A DNA stretch of 64,000 nt from Eledone cirrhosa. Lineage: Eukaryota. The notes below the pieces were generated by a model that made no database searches, was not told where the DNA came from, and saw only the letters and a list, made by a program, of their open reading frames with translations. The stretch spans positions 146,940,001 to 147,004,000 of the forward strand of contig OZ024742.1 in assembly GCA_964016885.1 (NCBI GenBank), in the 5' to 3' direction. Each line of letters starts with the position of its first letter. Positions within the stretch are counted from its first letter, which is position 1. Positions 1 to 11,789 of this stretch are shown piece after piece. The position numbers and the translations under genes were made by a program.

Positions 1-1357
1 ATAAATATAAACGTGCAAACACAGACACATACAAAAATACACACACAGATATACATTCACACAAATGCACATAGATTCACGTAAACACACACACACACAT
101 ACACTAACACACAACATAGCAAATGAAACGCTAATGTTTTGCTATAGTTTTTCTACCATCCCCTTCCTTCCTTCCTTTTACACACACATACATTCACACA
201 AACACACACACACACACACACATTGTGTGACAGACAGAAGTCACTCGAATTTATATATAGATAGCACTGCTTTCTCTACACAGCGAGGGCTCAGTAAAAG
301 GAGCCCTAAACAAATCCTTGCTCAATCTTTTAGCATGGCAGTAATGGTTGCATAGCAAGCTCCTTTCCTACACAGCCATGCCAACACCTAGAATCTACTT
401 TTACACATCCCTTCATAAATTACTGAGTCCTTCAAGTATTTTCTCTCAACTTCCTCATCTTATAAATTCCTTAAATATTCTCCCTACTCTCACCTACAAT
501 CTGCCGCCCTGACTTTACAGAATTTATATATAACTGTGTATCCTACCTTTTAACACCTTTATAGATTTCATCTTACACATGTATGTGTGTATGTATGCAT
601 GTGTGTATGAATGTAAGTACAAATGTATGCATGATTGTATATGTGTGTGTATGGTGTGTGAGAAATGTATGTATGTATCTATGTATGCATGTTTGTATGT
701 GTGTGTATATATATGTGTGTATGTTTATATGTGTGTATATATGTATGTTTAATGTTTGAATGTATAATCACTTTCTCTTAATTTTGAGTTTATTTTTGAC
801 TGGCCACCTTTCCACTGTCATTGTTGTAATGTATGTATGTATGTATGTATCTGTGTATGTATGTATCTAAATATGTATGTGTGTGTGTGTGTGTCTGTCT
901 GTGTCTATAAATAAATAAATTTATGTGTGTATATATGTATATACGTTTTTTTTTCCAGTGTCATTGTTGTAATGTATGTATGTATCTGTGTATGTATGTA
1001 TCTAAATATGTATGTGTGTGTGTGTGTGTGTGTGTCTGTCTGTGTCTATAAATAAATAAATATATGTATGTATATATGTATATATCTTTTTGTGTATATC
1101 ATCATCATCATCATCATCATTGTTTTTACATTCGTTTTTCCATGCTTGCATTGTATGTGTATACATATGTGTGTGAACATATTTGTATCTGTGCATATAT
1201 GTGATATTACTGATTTCATTTCACACACTAAAGTATTGCTTTTTCATCCTATTTTACATTATTTTATTATATTTTATATATTTATTTTTTTATCTTTATT
1301 CTATTATCGTTATTTTTTTTTATTATCTTTATTTTTATTTATTTATTTATTTTTTTT

Positions 1358-1515
1358 TTTCTATTTTTATTTCTATTTTTATTTCTATTTTTATTTCTAT
1401 TTTTATTTCTATTTTTATTTCTATTTTTATTTCTATTTTTATTTCTATTTTTATTTCTATTTTTATTTCTATTTTTATTTCTATTTTTATTTCTATTTTT
1501 ATTTCTATTTTTATT
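1358..1515. repeat. 12-bp microsatellite (TTCTATTTTTAT)n
   Basis: Perfect tandem repeat; it explains the FYFY and ISIF ORFs. Confidence 0.95.
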
Positions 1516-2482
1516 TTCATTTTTTTATTTCTTAACTATATTTTTATTTTTCTCCTCTTTTCTCCTAACCCTACCACTTTCTGTTGCAAGACACCATTTC
1601 ATTCTTCTAATACATCATTACCATGATCTTTATTCCAGTGCTCTACATTTAAGATCCATCTCAAACTATTCTTCAATCTGCATTCCTTGTAAATATAAGT
1701 TAAAATATGTTTATGAAATAATCGCTTGCCTTTGGAGAAATGCCAACTATTGAAATTCTTACATTTTAATGAAAATTCTTTAGCAAAATGCATTTTGTGT
1801 CTAGCAGTGAGAGTATGTGCATGTATGTGTGTGCGTAGATGTGCATACATGCATATGTGTCTGTGTGTGTGTATATGGGTACATATATGTGTGTGCTTGT
1901 ATGTAACTAAGATCATCAATTGTCTTGATTTCAACACAAATACACCGAAATTAAACCAAAGTTAACCACAATGAAGTAAACGTAAACTATATACCCACAA
2001 TTGATCACATTCACCAGATCCAGACCGCTGAAGGGAGAATCCTTTTGGGTACCAGCTGGAAAACAAAGTTCAGATCTGATGATATAATTGAGGAAATATA
2101 AATGATCACACACCAGATACCTTTTACAATTTCATACATAAATCCTCAGAAGTATCGCCTGAGTATTTAGCACTAAATTTTAGCTCTAAAATGTGTGCAT
2201 ACGTCTCCCAAATAAAACTTGCCCAACTTACAGTTTAGAAAACTGATGAACATAATTTTTGATATAATTTTTGTCCACACTAAAAAGAATTAGTAAACCT
2301 GCGTTTTCCACTAAACAATCCACACTTACCCATAATAAATCATGTGATATGTCATAACACTACACAACCCTTTCCACTGTTTTCAGTATTTCCACAACAC
2401 TGTTATACAGCAAAAATATTTAATGATTTATATTTGTTATACATTAAATCTAATTATATAAGTTGGTATAAACTGTGATCCT

Positions 2483-2710
2483 TTAACCCTTTACCATTTA
2501 CATTTCTCTATATTTACTATTACATTTCATGGTAAAGGTTTTACCTCACATAATTATTTCACACAATATCGAATCTATGAGATTTTGATATTATTTATGT
2601 TGAGAACAATACCTTAACATCAGTATGAGCAGCCAGTTACAGCTGGTTTGAATAGAAATAGGTGAGAAAATTCTGGCTGGGTATGGCCAGTTTAAATGCT
2701 AGAAGGTTAA
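2483..2710 (+). mobile_element. piggyBac-type (TTAA) MITE, family A
   Basis: TTAA-CCCTTTACCATTTA ... TAAATGCTAGAAGG-TTAA termini; homologous copies at 19691-19908, 20266-20492 and 60598-61033. Confidence 0.85.
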
Positions 2711-3456
2711 AGTTCAGTAATTAATGCTTTTTAAGATCTACCCCATAGGCAGTGTATGTGTTTCCACACTAGCAGGATAGTTCATAAACAACATTTTGGG
2801 CAGTTATTTTCATGTGATTCACTTTGACCTGGTTGGACCACACCTGAGGAAAAGATTACATATATGAAATTACTTCTCTCATAGCCCCACCCAACACTGA
2901 AATAAAGGTAAATGAATAGAACAAATCTAAAGCAACCAAAACCCACCATATGAAACACAATTACTCAGCTACATATACCTCATTTAATTAATCATCTAAA
3001 ATTAAACATTTAATAATATATATTACCCATATTAACAAACTAAACAGTGCAGACAAATACAAAAATATTATACAGACACACTTATGTATGTATGTATTTA
3101 GGTATGTATGTATGTATTTCTGTATGTGTGTATGTATTTATTTATGTATTTATATATATATGTATGTGTATGCATGTATATATGTGTGTTTGTCTGTATG
3201 CATGTATGTATCAATGGATGGATGGTTATTATTGACATGATGGGAGTAGACCTGAGAATCTACTCTGTACTAATATACTCCAAACAACTTGTATTTCATG
3301 TAGCCTCTGATAACAAAAGTCCAGCTCGTGGCTGTCATGTGACAGAGAAGTTTGAAACTGACAAGGAGAAGGGATAAAGGTGAGTTACTGTCACCTTAAG
3401 AACAATTGCTCTGGGTAATCAGAACTCATCAGCCTTGGGTAGCTGTCTGCCTAAGA

Positions 3457-3901
3457 CAGGGATCAGCAACCTTTTGGGGTGTGCAGGCCACATAGCTATG
3501 CTGTGTCTCGTTGTGGGTCATGATATTAAGATATAATAAATTTGCTCAACCTCAGACTGCTCTGTCCAGAAGGCTACCTTAATCCCGGAATTTAATGAAA
3601 AACAATGAAAATAAATCATTATTATCAAATAAAGAAATCATTATTTTAATGACTCCTTACTATAAATAAAATACAGGCAGAAATGATAAATTGTTTAATG
3701 AGGTTCTATCTGTCTGAGTTTCATGTTTGTTACTGTCACACAAAAAATTATGTTCAGCTAAGTGAGTTTTGTAGCTAGTCATGTTCTCTAGTTGGTATTC
3801 TAATACAAAATAATTCAGAGCACTTTTTCAGTGATTGCTGAGCCTAAGATTAAAACGTGTTGGACAAAAATCCTTTGCGTGCAAGGGGTTACCGACCTCT
3901 G
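3457..3901. mobile_element. hAT/Charlie-type MITE
   Basis: TIRs CAGGGATCAGCAACC / GGTTACCGACCTCTG; 8-bp flanks gcctaaga / gtctagaa resemble the Charlie NTCTAGAN target. Confidence 0.7.
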
Positions 3902-4577
3902 GTCTAGAAGGTTCATTCTGATTTCAAAACTGGGGTAAATATGACTCCTTAATCATAAATATGACAACTCATCTCTGCAGGGGAACTCAGAAACTCCACA
4001 GGTTGATGTCAGGTACATTGTAAGTTCATTAGGAAAGAAGGACCCTAAGCTATTGTAACAGCATTCTTCTAAGAGAGGGAAACTCTGAAGTAAACCTACA
4101 GTTTGTTTGATTAATAGTTATCTTGCTTAGGCTTGTCATCAGGTTATAAACATTGAGACTTCGAGAATAGCACTCGTTTTGTACAAGTGCTTGTCACTAT
4201 AATCCATCGCGTCTCCTTTGCAATCTCTTCATCTGTCATTCTATCTCCCTAGCCAATACAAGCCAGCACTCTGAATTATTGGCACCATACACACATTGGG
4301 TCACTAGCTGCAGCTATTGGGGTGTCACATGAATTTTCACCAATTAAATACCACCACTTCTGTAGTTTCGTCACTTCAGGTGATGTAATATAGGTGGGAG
4401 TAGTCACAGTTCACCAGTCTCCTTTTCTGATGTTTCCTATGTTGAAGTCTTGTCAGTACCTGGGGTGGTAGAGTCTTGGTCTTGCTTTTTGTTGCTGGAT
4501 TGAAAAGTCAACTCCTTGCACATAGGAGGGTGTAGGCTTGGCGGAACAAAATCATGCATGTATGAATATATGTATGT

Positions 4578-4612
<35 letters not shown>

Positions 4613-4635
4613 AAAATCTGCTTCGTAGAATCAAG

Positions 4636-4729
4636 ACATATCTGAGGACCTTGCGATTTTCAGAGTCAGGTTCGATCATCACATCGATCGTACCTCGAGC
4701 TGGTCGCCAGAGAAACGATTGTAATATAT
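4636..4729 (+). ncRNA. Type I hammerhead-like motif with long stem II (partly degenerate)
   Basis: acatat-CTGAGGA(4642-4648)-ccttgcga...tcgccaga-GAAA(4712-4715)-cgattg-TA-atatat, then AATAAA; the element lies between (TA)n tracts. Confidence 0.55.
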
Positions 4730-4857
4730 CCAATAAATTCCATTCATCGCAACACTAATTCTCTTTTTTTTCTGTGATACATATATATATATATATATCC
4801 AAACCCATGCAAGCGTGGAAGATGGACGTTAAACGATGATGATGATGATGATGATGA

Positions 4858-4898
<41 letters not shown>

Positions 4899-6805
4899 GG
4901 AGTTCTGCAATTTTTGATTACCAAATTTTACTTATATGGCATTTGTCAAACTGAGGCTGTAGTAGAAGACACATGGTTGGGAAGTGAATTCCTTAACCAT
5001 ATAGCAATGCCTGCTCTTGTTTACATATATCTATATACTCTACCTGTTTACATAACAAGCAACAGCAAACTATATTTGTATTTCATTTAAGCTGTTGAGA
5101 AGCAAAATTTACTCACTGCTAGTAAAAACACAAGTTTCATGCCATATATTCCTTTATTATTGTTTGTTGTTAATACCAGAGTACAGATTTGACCAGCAAA
5201 CTCCTTATTTCAACTTGACATGACTCACTCATGACACATCACCATCATTGAACCCTTAACTCCTAATAGAATTGATGGGTATTTAAACCTGGCAGAGCAT
5301 GTCCTCAGGGTCTAATCACAGATGACTTCTTCCAGTGAGAAGGAGATATTGAACCCTTAACTCCTTATGGAATTGGTGGGTATTTAAACCTGAAGAAGTT
5401 CATCTCTCTCAAGGTTTAACCACCACACAGCCAACTTTTCACAGGGAGTTACAGGAAGAGAGAGAAGGGGAAAGAAAGAGGGAGTGAAAGAAAGAGAAAG
5501 GTGAGGGAGAGAGAGCTGGTGAGTGAGCAGACTGGCCCCTTGTACTGGACTGATGTCTATATAATGAATAGACACTCATGACTATGCATCACCAATTGAT
5601 AGACTTATCTATAAACTATTACTTAGGATATTTTCAAAATTGACTTTAACCCTACTCTACTAGCTAGCTTTACAGATAGAGTAAGTCAGTTGCTCATAGC
5701 ATTCTATCAATACAGTCTACCCAAGTTTATTACATTGGACTGATATTAGGAGACCATTATAAAAAGACGATGTATCACTGCTTGTGTTAATAAAGGAACA
5801 TTAATTAACTTTCTTCAACAGACATAGCTTCAACAAATTTTCACAGTGATTACCGAGCTGTAAATTCACCATTTTGGATGGATGAACTTCACATGTTACT
5901 TTTGGAATGTCTATCATTAGTTTAACCTATACGAACTCCAGGGAATGAAAGTTCTGAATTAGTTGAAATATTCACTAAATGTTGAAACAGTTGTGTATTT
6001 GTTTCTGTGTATTTTTATGGTTTTATTTCATTTATGACAATACTTCCATATGTATTTGTCTACAAATCATACAACTATTTGGATCGATGTGGTTTCTATT
6101 TAAAACGCATGAATTTTAACAATCCATTGACACATTTCATGTAACAATAAAGTATAAGGTTAAAATCCCCTTTCTTCTGCAACACCAGAGCTCTTCCCGA
6201 TTTTTTTCTTCTTTCTTTCCTTTTTTTTTCTATATTATCTAGTCTTTCTTTACTTTTGTTTCCCCTTCTTTTTTATTATTTCTATATTGAAAATAAATAT
6301 GTATATTTGGTATACATTTTCAAAATTTTGATATAGTTCTTAAATGTTTTTACTTTGAATTTTATAGTTTCCATAGTGAATTTTCACTTTAACCACATGA
6401 AACTAGAAACCTCATTTCAGGTTTCATTGTTTTGTCAAGTGTGTTATTTGTAAAAATCAGAGACCAGAATTCAGACAGTTAATTCAGCTATCTAAACAGA
6501 ATTTGAACTTCTCTCTTTTGATATTCGCTAAGTAACCTGGCTGCTTTCTCTTAGCCATTAGCTTTTTTTTTTTTTTTACGTCAGAAGAACAGAATGTCAA
6601 ATTACAAGATATGTTAAGCTGAGAGAGAAATCATTTGCATCAATTGTTGCTTCTAACAGTTTAAAAACACCAAGGTTATCTGCTTTTTCTCTTTATTTAC
6701 CAGTCAACTTGTACACATTGTCCTTACAAATAATAAGAGGACATGTATTAACATTTTCTGCAGTACAAATTATTCAATTGACTGTAAAACAAGAAAATAC
6801 ACTGG

Positions 6806-9800
6806 ATCATCATCATCATCATCATCACCGTTTTACGTCCATTCTTCCACGCTAGCATGGGTTAGACGGGTTGTCCTGTTGTGTGCAGTGTCTGGTCGGC
6901 TGACCATGCCTTGCTCATACAGGAACTGATCTGGCTTGATTTCTACAGCTGGATGCCCTTCCTAACACCAACCTCATTTACAGTGAGTGCTGGGTGCTTT
7001 TTCGTGGTGCCTACACGTCCACTTTACAGTGTGGGCTGGGTGCTTTTTTGCCGTGGCACCTCCACGACCACCTTGCAGTGGGGGGTGTGGGGGCATATTG
7101 TTTATATGCTTCAGCATGTACCCATGGGAGGTCGGGTACTCTGTATTACTGCGTGACGCCAGAAGTCACGGTCGTGTGTCATTGTCTTTGAGAGGTGTAG
7201 TTGGGTAAGGTCGGCTTTTATCACCTCATCCCAGGTCATCTTGGGTCTCCCCACTCCGCGGTTTCCATCAACTTCTAGTGCTCTGCACCTTTTTATGCAG
7301 CTGTCATCCTTCATACGCATCACATGTCCATACCAGCGCAACCGCCTCTCCTGCACACAGCATTTGATTCCTCTTATGCTCAGTCTCTCTCTCAATTCAT
7401 TTATGCTTTGTCGTTCACGTATATTACTGTTACACATCCATCGGAGCATGCAGGCTTCGTTTCTCTCTAATCTACGTAAGTCTTCCACCTTCAGCGCCCA
7501 GGTCTCACTACCATGCAACATCGCTGTTCGGATACACGCATCATACAGTCTGCCTTTCATTCTGAGGGAGAAGCCTTTTGCAGCTAGCAGTGGTAGTAGT
7601 TTCCTAAACTTCTTCCATCCCGTTCTTACCCTAGTTATTGTACTTTCTGAACACCCACCTCCGTTGCTAATTCGGTCACCTAGGTAGCAGAAGCTGTCTA
7701 CTGTTTCTACAGGGCCCTCCCAGAGATTGGTGGTACTTGTTTCCTGTGGCTGTTTGCTGCTTGCTGTTTCAGCACAGCTGCTGCATGTGAATCCTACATT
7801 CTTAATTAAGCTTCCTGAGATCCCGCTACATCTCTTGTGTACCCATTGTTTGCATTTGGGGCAGAGAATGGAGTTCCTACCTACACCTTTCCTACATACT
7901 GAGCAAGGCCATTTCCCTGAGGGGATCTGGGTTCTGTTTTCTCGTCTACTTACAAGGACCTTAGTCTTTGTCATGTTGACTTTGAGACCCTTTCTTTCTA
8001 GTCCCTGCTTCCAGGTTTGGAATTTATTCTCTAGTTCTACCATAGATTCAGCTATGAGTGCGAGGTCATCAGCATACAGGAGTTCCCATGGGCATCCGGT
8101 CTTAAACTCCTCCGTTATTGCCTGCAGGACTATGATGAACAGGAGAGGGCTAAGAACAGAGCCCTGGTGGACCCCAACCTGTACGCTAAATTCCTCGCTA
8201 TACTCATTGCTAATCCTAACTTTGCTGACTGCTCCCCTATACATGGCTTGTACCGCTTTCACAAGCCATTCATCTACTCCTAGTTTTCTAAGAGCCCACC
8301 AGATTACCGCACATGGAACTCTGTCAAAGGCTTTCTCAAGGTCGACAAATGCCAAGTAGAGTGGCTTACTTTTAGCTAGGTACTTTTCCTGTAATTGCCT
8401 CACAAGGAAGAGGGCATCAGTGGTGCCTCTTCCTGGTACAAACCCAAATTGCATCTCGTCTATTTTCACCCGGTCCCTAATCAGCTGTGCTATAACTCTT
8501 TCTGTTACTTTCATGACCTGGTCCATCAACTTCATACCTCTATAGTTTCCTCTATCTAGTGCATCGCCTTTACCTTTGTAGCAGTTGACAATGATGCTAC
8601 TGCACCAATCTTTTGGTATGGCCCCTTCTAGTATTACCTGGTTAACAATACGTGTGGTTATAGTGTGACCTACAGACCCAGATGCCTTCAGCATCTCGGC
8701 AGCTATCCCCGATGGACCGGTTGCCTTCCCCATCTTCATATCTCTGATTGCCTTACTTACTACGCTGCCGCTGACTTGTACTGCTGGTCCCTCTATAGGG
8801 TCTACTTGGGGTAGGGTCTCTTCTTCCCATGCATTCTCCTCATTTAGTAATCTATCATAATGACTCTTCCATGCATCTTTCTTCTCAGCACTTGTGAGGG
8901 CAAGCTCACCTTTATCATTCCGGATACACTTCTCTCCAATGACATCACAACTATCTCTGACACACTGCCTCGCAATCTTGAATACCTCCTGTTTCTGGTC
9001 CTCACGTTGTAAAACATGCTTGAATTTTCTATCCTCTGCTTCCCTCCTAGCTAAGTATACTTGTCGCCTAGCTTCCCTCTTGGTCTCTATGTAATGTACC
9101 CTGCTCCCCCCGTTCTTCCATTCTTTCCATGCCTGTCTCTTGGCCTTGACTGCTTCATCTACCTTATTGTTCCACCACCAAGTCACTCTCCTCCTTCTTG
9201 AGGTCTTACTCCAGCCACAGACCTCGTCCGTCGCCTCTAGTAAATTATTTTTTAGGAACTCCCAGTTCTCTTCTACATTAAATGTCAGTATCTGTTCTTC
9301 TTTACTGTCGTAGGCGTTGAGTAAAATATCTTTAAATCTGTTACTGGTTGAGGGGACTTTCAGCTTCCAGATCTTTCTTCTCCAGGTTGGCCTCTGTTTC
9401 AGGGCTCGTCTAGTTCTGACCGTGAGATCGCTGACAACTAAGCTATGTTGGGATGTACATTCCTCACTAGGGAAGGCTTTTGTGTTTACGACCGTCCATC
9501 TGTCACGTCCTCTGATGAGGATAAAATCTAACTGAGTAGAGTGCTCCCCTGATCTATAGGTGATCAGGTGGTTGTCGGGTTTTTTAAAGTTTGTGTTACA
9601 TATCGACATGTCATTGGCGTCGCAGAATTCTAGAAGTCTGAATCCTTCCTCATTCCTTGTGCCAACTCCATGGCCTCCATGTACTCTATTGAAGCCGTCG
9701 CTGTGTTTACCTACGTGTCCGTTAAAATCTCCTGTGATGATTAGGAAGTCATTGTCGTTTGTTAGAGCAGTAGTGTGCATTAGGGACTCGTAAAACCTAT

Positions 9801-10036
9801 CCTTAAGTTCGTCTGGCAGCCCCGATTGGGGTGCATAAGCTGATATTATTGTGGTAATTGTCTTATTCAGGACTAATCTGAGTTTAATGATTCTTGCATT
9901 TACCCTGTACACTGAGATTACTTTATCTATCCACTTGTCAGCTAATAGTATACCTACACCACCCATCCCATCGTCATTTCCCACCCAGAAAAATTTGTAG
10001 CACTGACTTTTTACTACAAGGACTCTAGCAGACTCT
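6806..10036 (-). mobile_element. RTE-clade LINE, slightly 5'-truncated, with (ATG)n 3' tail
   Basis: Single EN+RT ORF, 3' UTR and (GAT)n tail; homology to the 11790-15150 copy extends to about 10036 (ESARVLVV). Confidence 0.95.
7111..9984 (-). CDS. RTE ORF: APE endonuclease + reverse transcriptase + PHD-like finger (957 aa, uninterrupted)
   Basis: SAYAP, GDFNGH, LDFIL, SQH (EN); [33 protein letters not shown] (RT); RLRWYGHV and GRP C-terminal RTE motifs. Confidence 0.95.
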   Translation of the reverse strand: MGNDDGMGGVGILLADKWIDKVISVYRVNARIIKLRLVLNKTITTIISAYAPQSGLPDELKDRFYESLMHTTALTNDNDFLIITGDFNGHVGKHSDGFNRVHGGHGVGTRNEEGFRLLEFCDANDMSICNTNFKKPDNHLITYRSGEHSTQLDFILIRGRDRWTVVNTKAFPSEECTSQHSLVVSDLTVRTRRALKQRPTWRRKIWKLKVPSTSNRFKDILLNAYDSKEEQILTFNVEENWEFLKNNLLEATDEVCGWSKTSRRRRVTWWWNNKVDEAVKAKRQAWKEWKNGGSRVHYIETKREARRQVYLARREAEDRKFKHVLQREDQKQEVFKIARQCVRDSCDVIGEKCIRNDKGELALTSAEKKDAWKSHYDRLLNEENAWEEETLPQVDPIEGPAVQVSGSVVSKAIRDMKMGKATGPSGIAAEMLKASGSVGHTITTRIVNQVILEGAIPKDWCSSIIVNCYKGKGDALDRGNYRGMKLMDQVMKVTERVIAQLIRDRVKIDEMQFGFVPGRGTTDALFLVRQLQEKYLAKSKPLYLAFVDLEKAFDRVPCAVIWWALRKLGVDEWLVKAVQAMYRGAVSKVRISNEYSEEFSVQVGVHQGSVLSPLLFIIVLQAITEEFKTGCPWELLYADDLALIAESMVELENKFQTWKQGLERKGLKVNMTKTKVLVSRRENRTQIPSGKWPCSVCRKGVGRNSILCPKCKQWVHKRCSGISGSLIKNVGFTCSSCAETASSKQPQETSTTNLWEGPVETVDSFCYLGDRISNGGGCSESTITRVRTGWKKFRKLLPLLAAKGFSLRMKGRLYDACIRTAMLHGSETWALKVEDLRRLERNEACMLRWMCNSNIRERQSINELRERLSIRGIKCCVQERRLRWYGHVMRMKDDSCIKRCRALEVDGNRGVGRPKMTWDEVIKADLTQLHLSKTMTHDRDFWRHAVIQSTRPPMGTC

Positions 10037-10176
10037 CATCTATTAACAACATTTAACCAAACTTGTTATTTTTATGGCATCAATGATGAATTTTTACCTG
10101 TATTCACAAACCATGTGCTGGTAATGACTATTTAATTATTGTACTAACAAAACCAGAAGAGATCTATTTCTTTTCT

Positions 10177-10870
10177 TTGGTGTTGATCTCCTTTATCACC
10201 TCACCCGTCAGTACTTCAATTCCTTTGCTTTTCATCAATCTACCCTTCTTCATCACTCAGACGCCACACTTATTAACACCAAATCCCATACATATATCAT
10301 TGTTGAAAATACAAACAGTTTTAACAAATACATTCAGCACCTTCTCATTCTTGATAAGCTCTCCTCTTCTCAGTTTATATCTTGCCTTCACTTTTCGCAA
10401 TACAAGGAACAAGAGTATGAGGGTAAGGACAAAGAAAAAAGGAGACAGACTATCCCCTTGGAAGATATCTCTCTTGATTTTTACTCCTCCAAAGGATTCT
10501 CCCCCTGATGTTAAATATGTCTCCCAGTTCTTCATGCTATTACTTAATAGCAGTCTGATGTTGTCTGCCATCTTGAAGATTTCTAGGCACTTGGTTATCC
10601 AAGAATGAGGAACTATGTCGAATACCTTCTTGTAATCTATCCATCCCATGACAAGACCAGTATGCCTCCTCTTGCAGTTCCTTATTATCATCTTGTCAAT
10701 AAGTAACTGTTCTTTTGTACTACAGGACTTCTTTCAGCATCCTTTCTGTTCCTCTGGCAATAAGTTATTTATGTCAAGGTGGTGGTAGATTTTCTCAGAT
10801 ATAATGCTCTGCAGCAATTTCCACATCAAGGATAGACATGTGATAATTGCTAAAGTCATTTCCCTTGGCC
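10177..10870 (-). pseudogene. Degraded RT fragment of an R4/Dong-like (RLE-class) non-LTR element
   Basis: EEQKGC..KEQLLIDK, WIDYKKVFDIVPHSWI, IFQGDSLSP; stops and deletions; next to (TTA)n. Confidence 0.75.
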
Positions 10871-11789
10871 CTTATTATTTATTATTATTGTCCCACCCTT
10901 GCAAGCAGGGAAAAGCGGAGGTAAAATGATGATGATGATGATTATTATTATCATTATTATTATTATTATTATAAGTACTTCATTTTCTTGTCTCTCCAAC
11001 ATCTCTGGTCCATTTACCTATCGGTATTTGTATTAAACTTCCCGTTTAATTTCCCATAATTATGGTCGAATCTGTAGGACCCTCAGAAAAATTAATCTGC
11101 TCGTTAACTTCCTTCAGGAACCTTCCTTCTTCCCCCCTCTGTCTCCCCCATACATCATTTATATGCTTACATGTTCTCTCTCCCCCTCCATTTTTCTCTC
11201 TCTCTCTCTGCAAATATAAAATAAATCTGTCATGAGTTGATGAACTCAGACTCTGTTGAATCCTTACTGTCGCTGAATTGTCGTGTTGAGAAATGTAATG
11301 TATTTTCACTTCATTTTCTTGTCTCTCCAACATCCCTGGTCCATTTACCTATTTGTATTAAACTTCCCGTTTAACTTCTCATAATTATGGTCGAATCTGT
11401 AAGACCCTCAGAAAAATTAATCTGCTCGTTAATCTTCCCATTTCGCTCACCACCACCCCCTGCCCCCACACGCCACCATTACTATTTGGTCCAATCATAA
11501 TTTAGCGGCTTATAATATGTTTCTCTTCCCAATCTCTTTCACAAAACCACCGCCTCGGCTATTACTCCCTCCTCGATATGTCAGATGGACTACGGGATTT
11601 GGAGTGTCTGAAGAATGTGAACACTCAATGTCAATGTCAAAGATAAAGATAAATTCACCTGCTGTTGCCAGACAAGAATGCAAGGACTCCGCTTTATTTC
11701 AGACACAGATGGCTAACATAACCCCATCCTCCTCACCCCTCCCTGCGCCTCCAACCCATCCCTTCCATCCACCCACCAAACGAAATCCA

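Noticed and set aside
2330-2399. Minus-strand exon with a strong GTAAGT donor
   Set aside because: Stops in all three frames from the best acceptor
3395-3435. Minus-strand CTGATGA followed by a gttctg/cagagc stem
   Set aside because: No GAAA after the stem, so not a hammerhead
7241-9793. Plus-strand ORFs of 66-210 aa overlapping the RTE
   Set aside because: Antisense shadows of the RTE ORF
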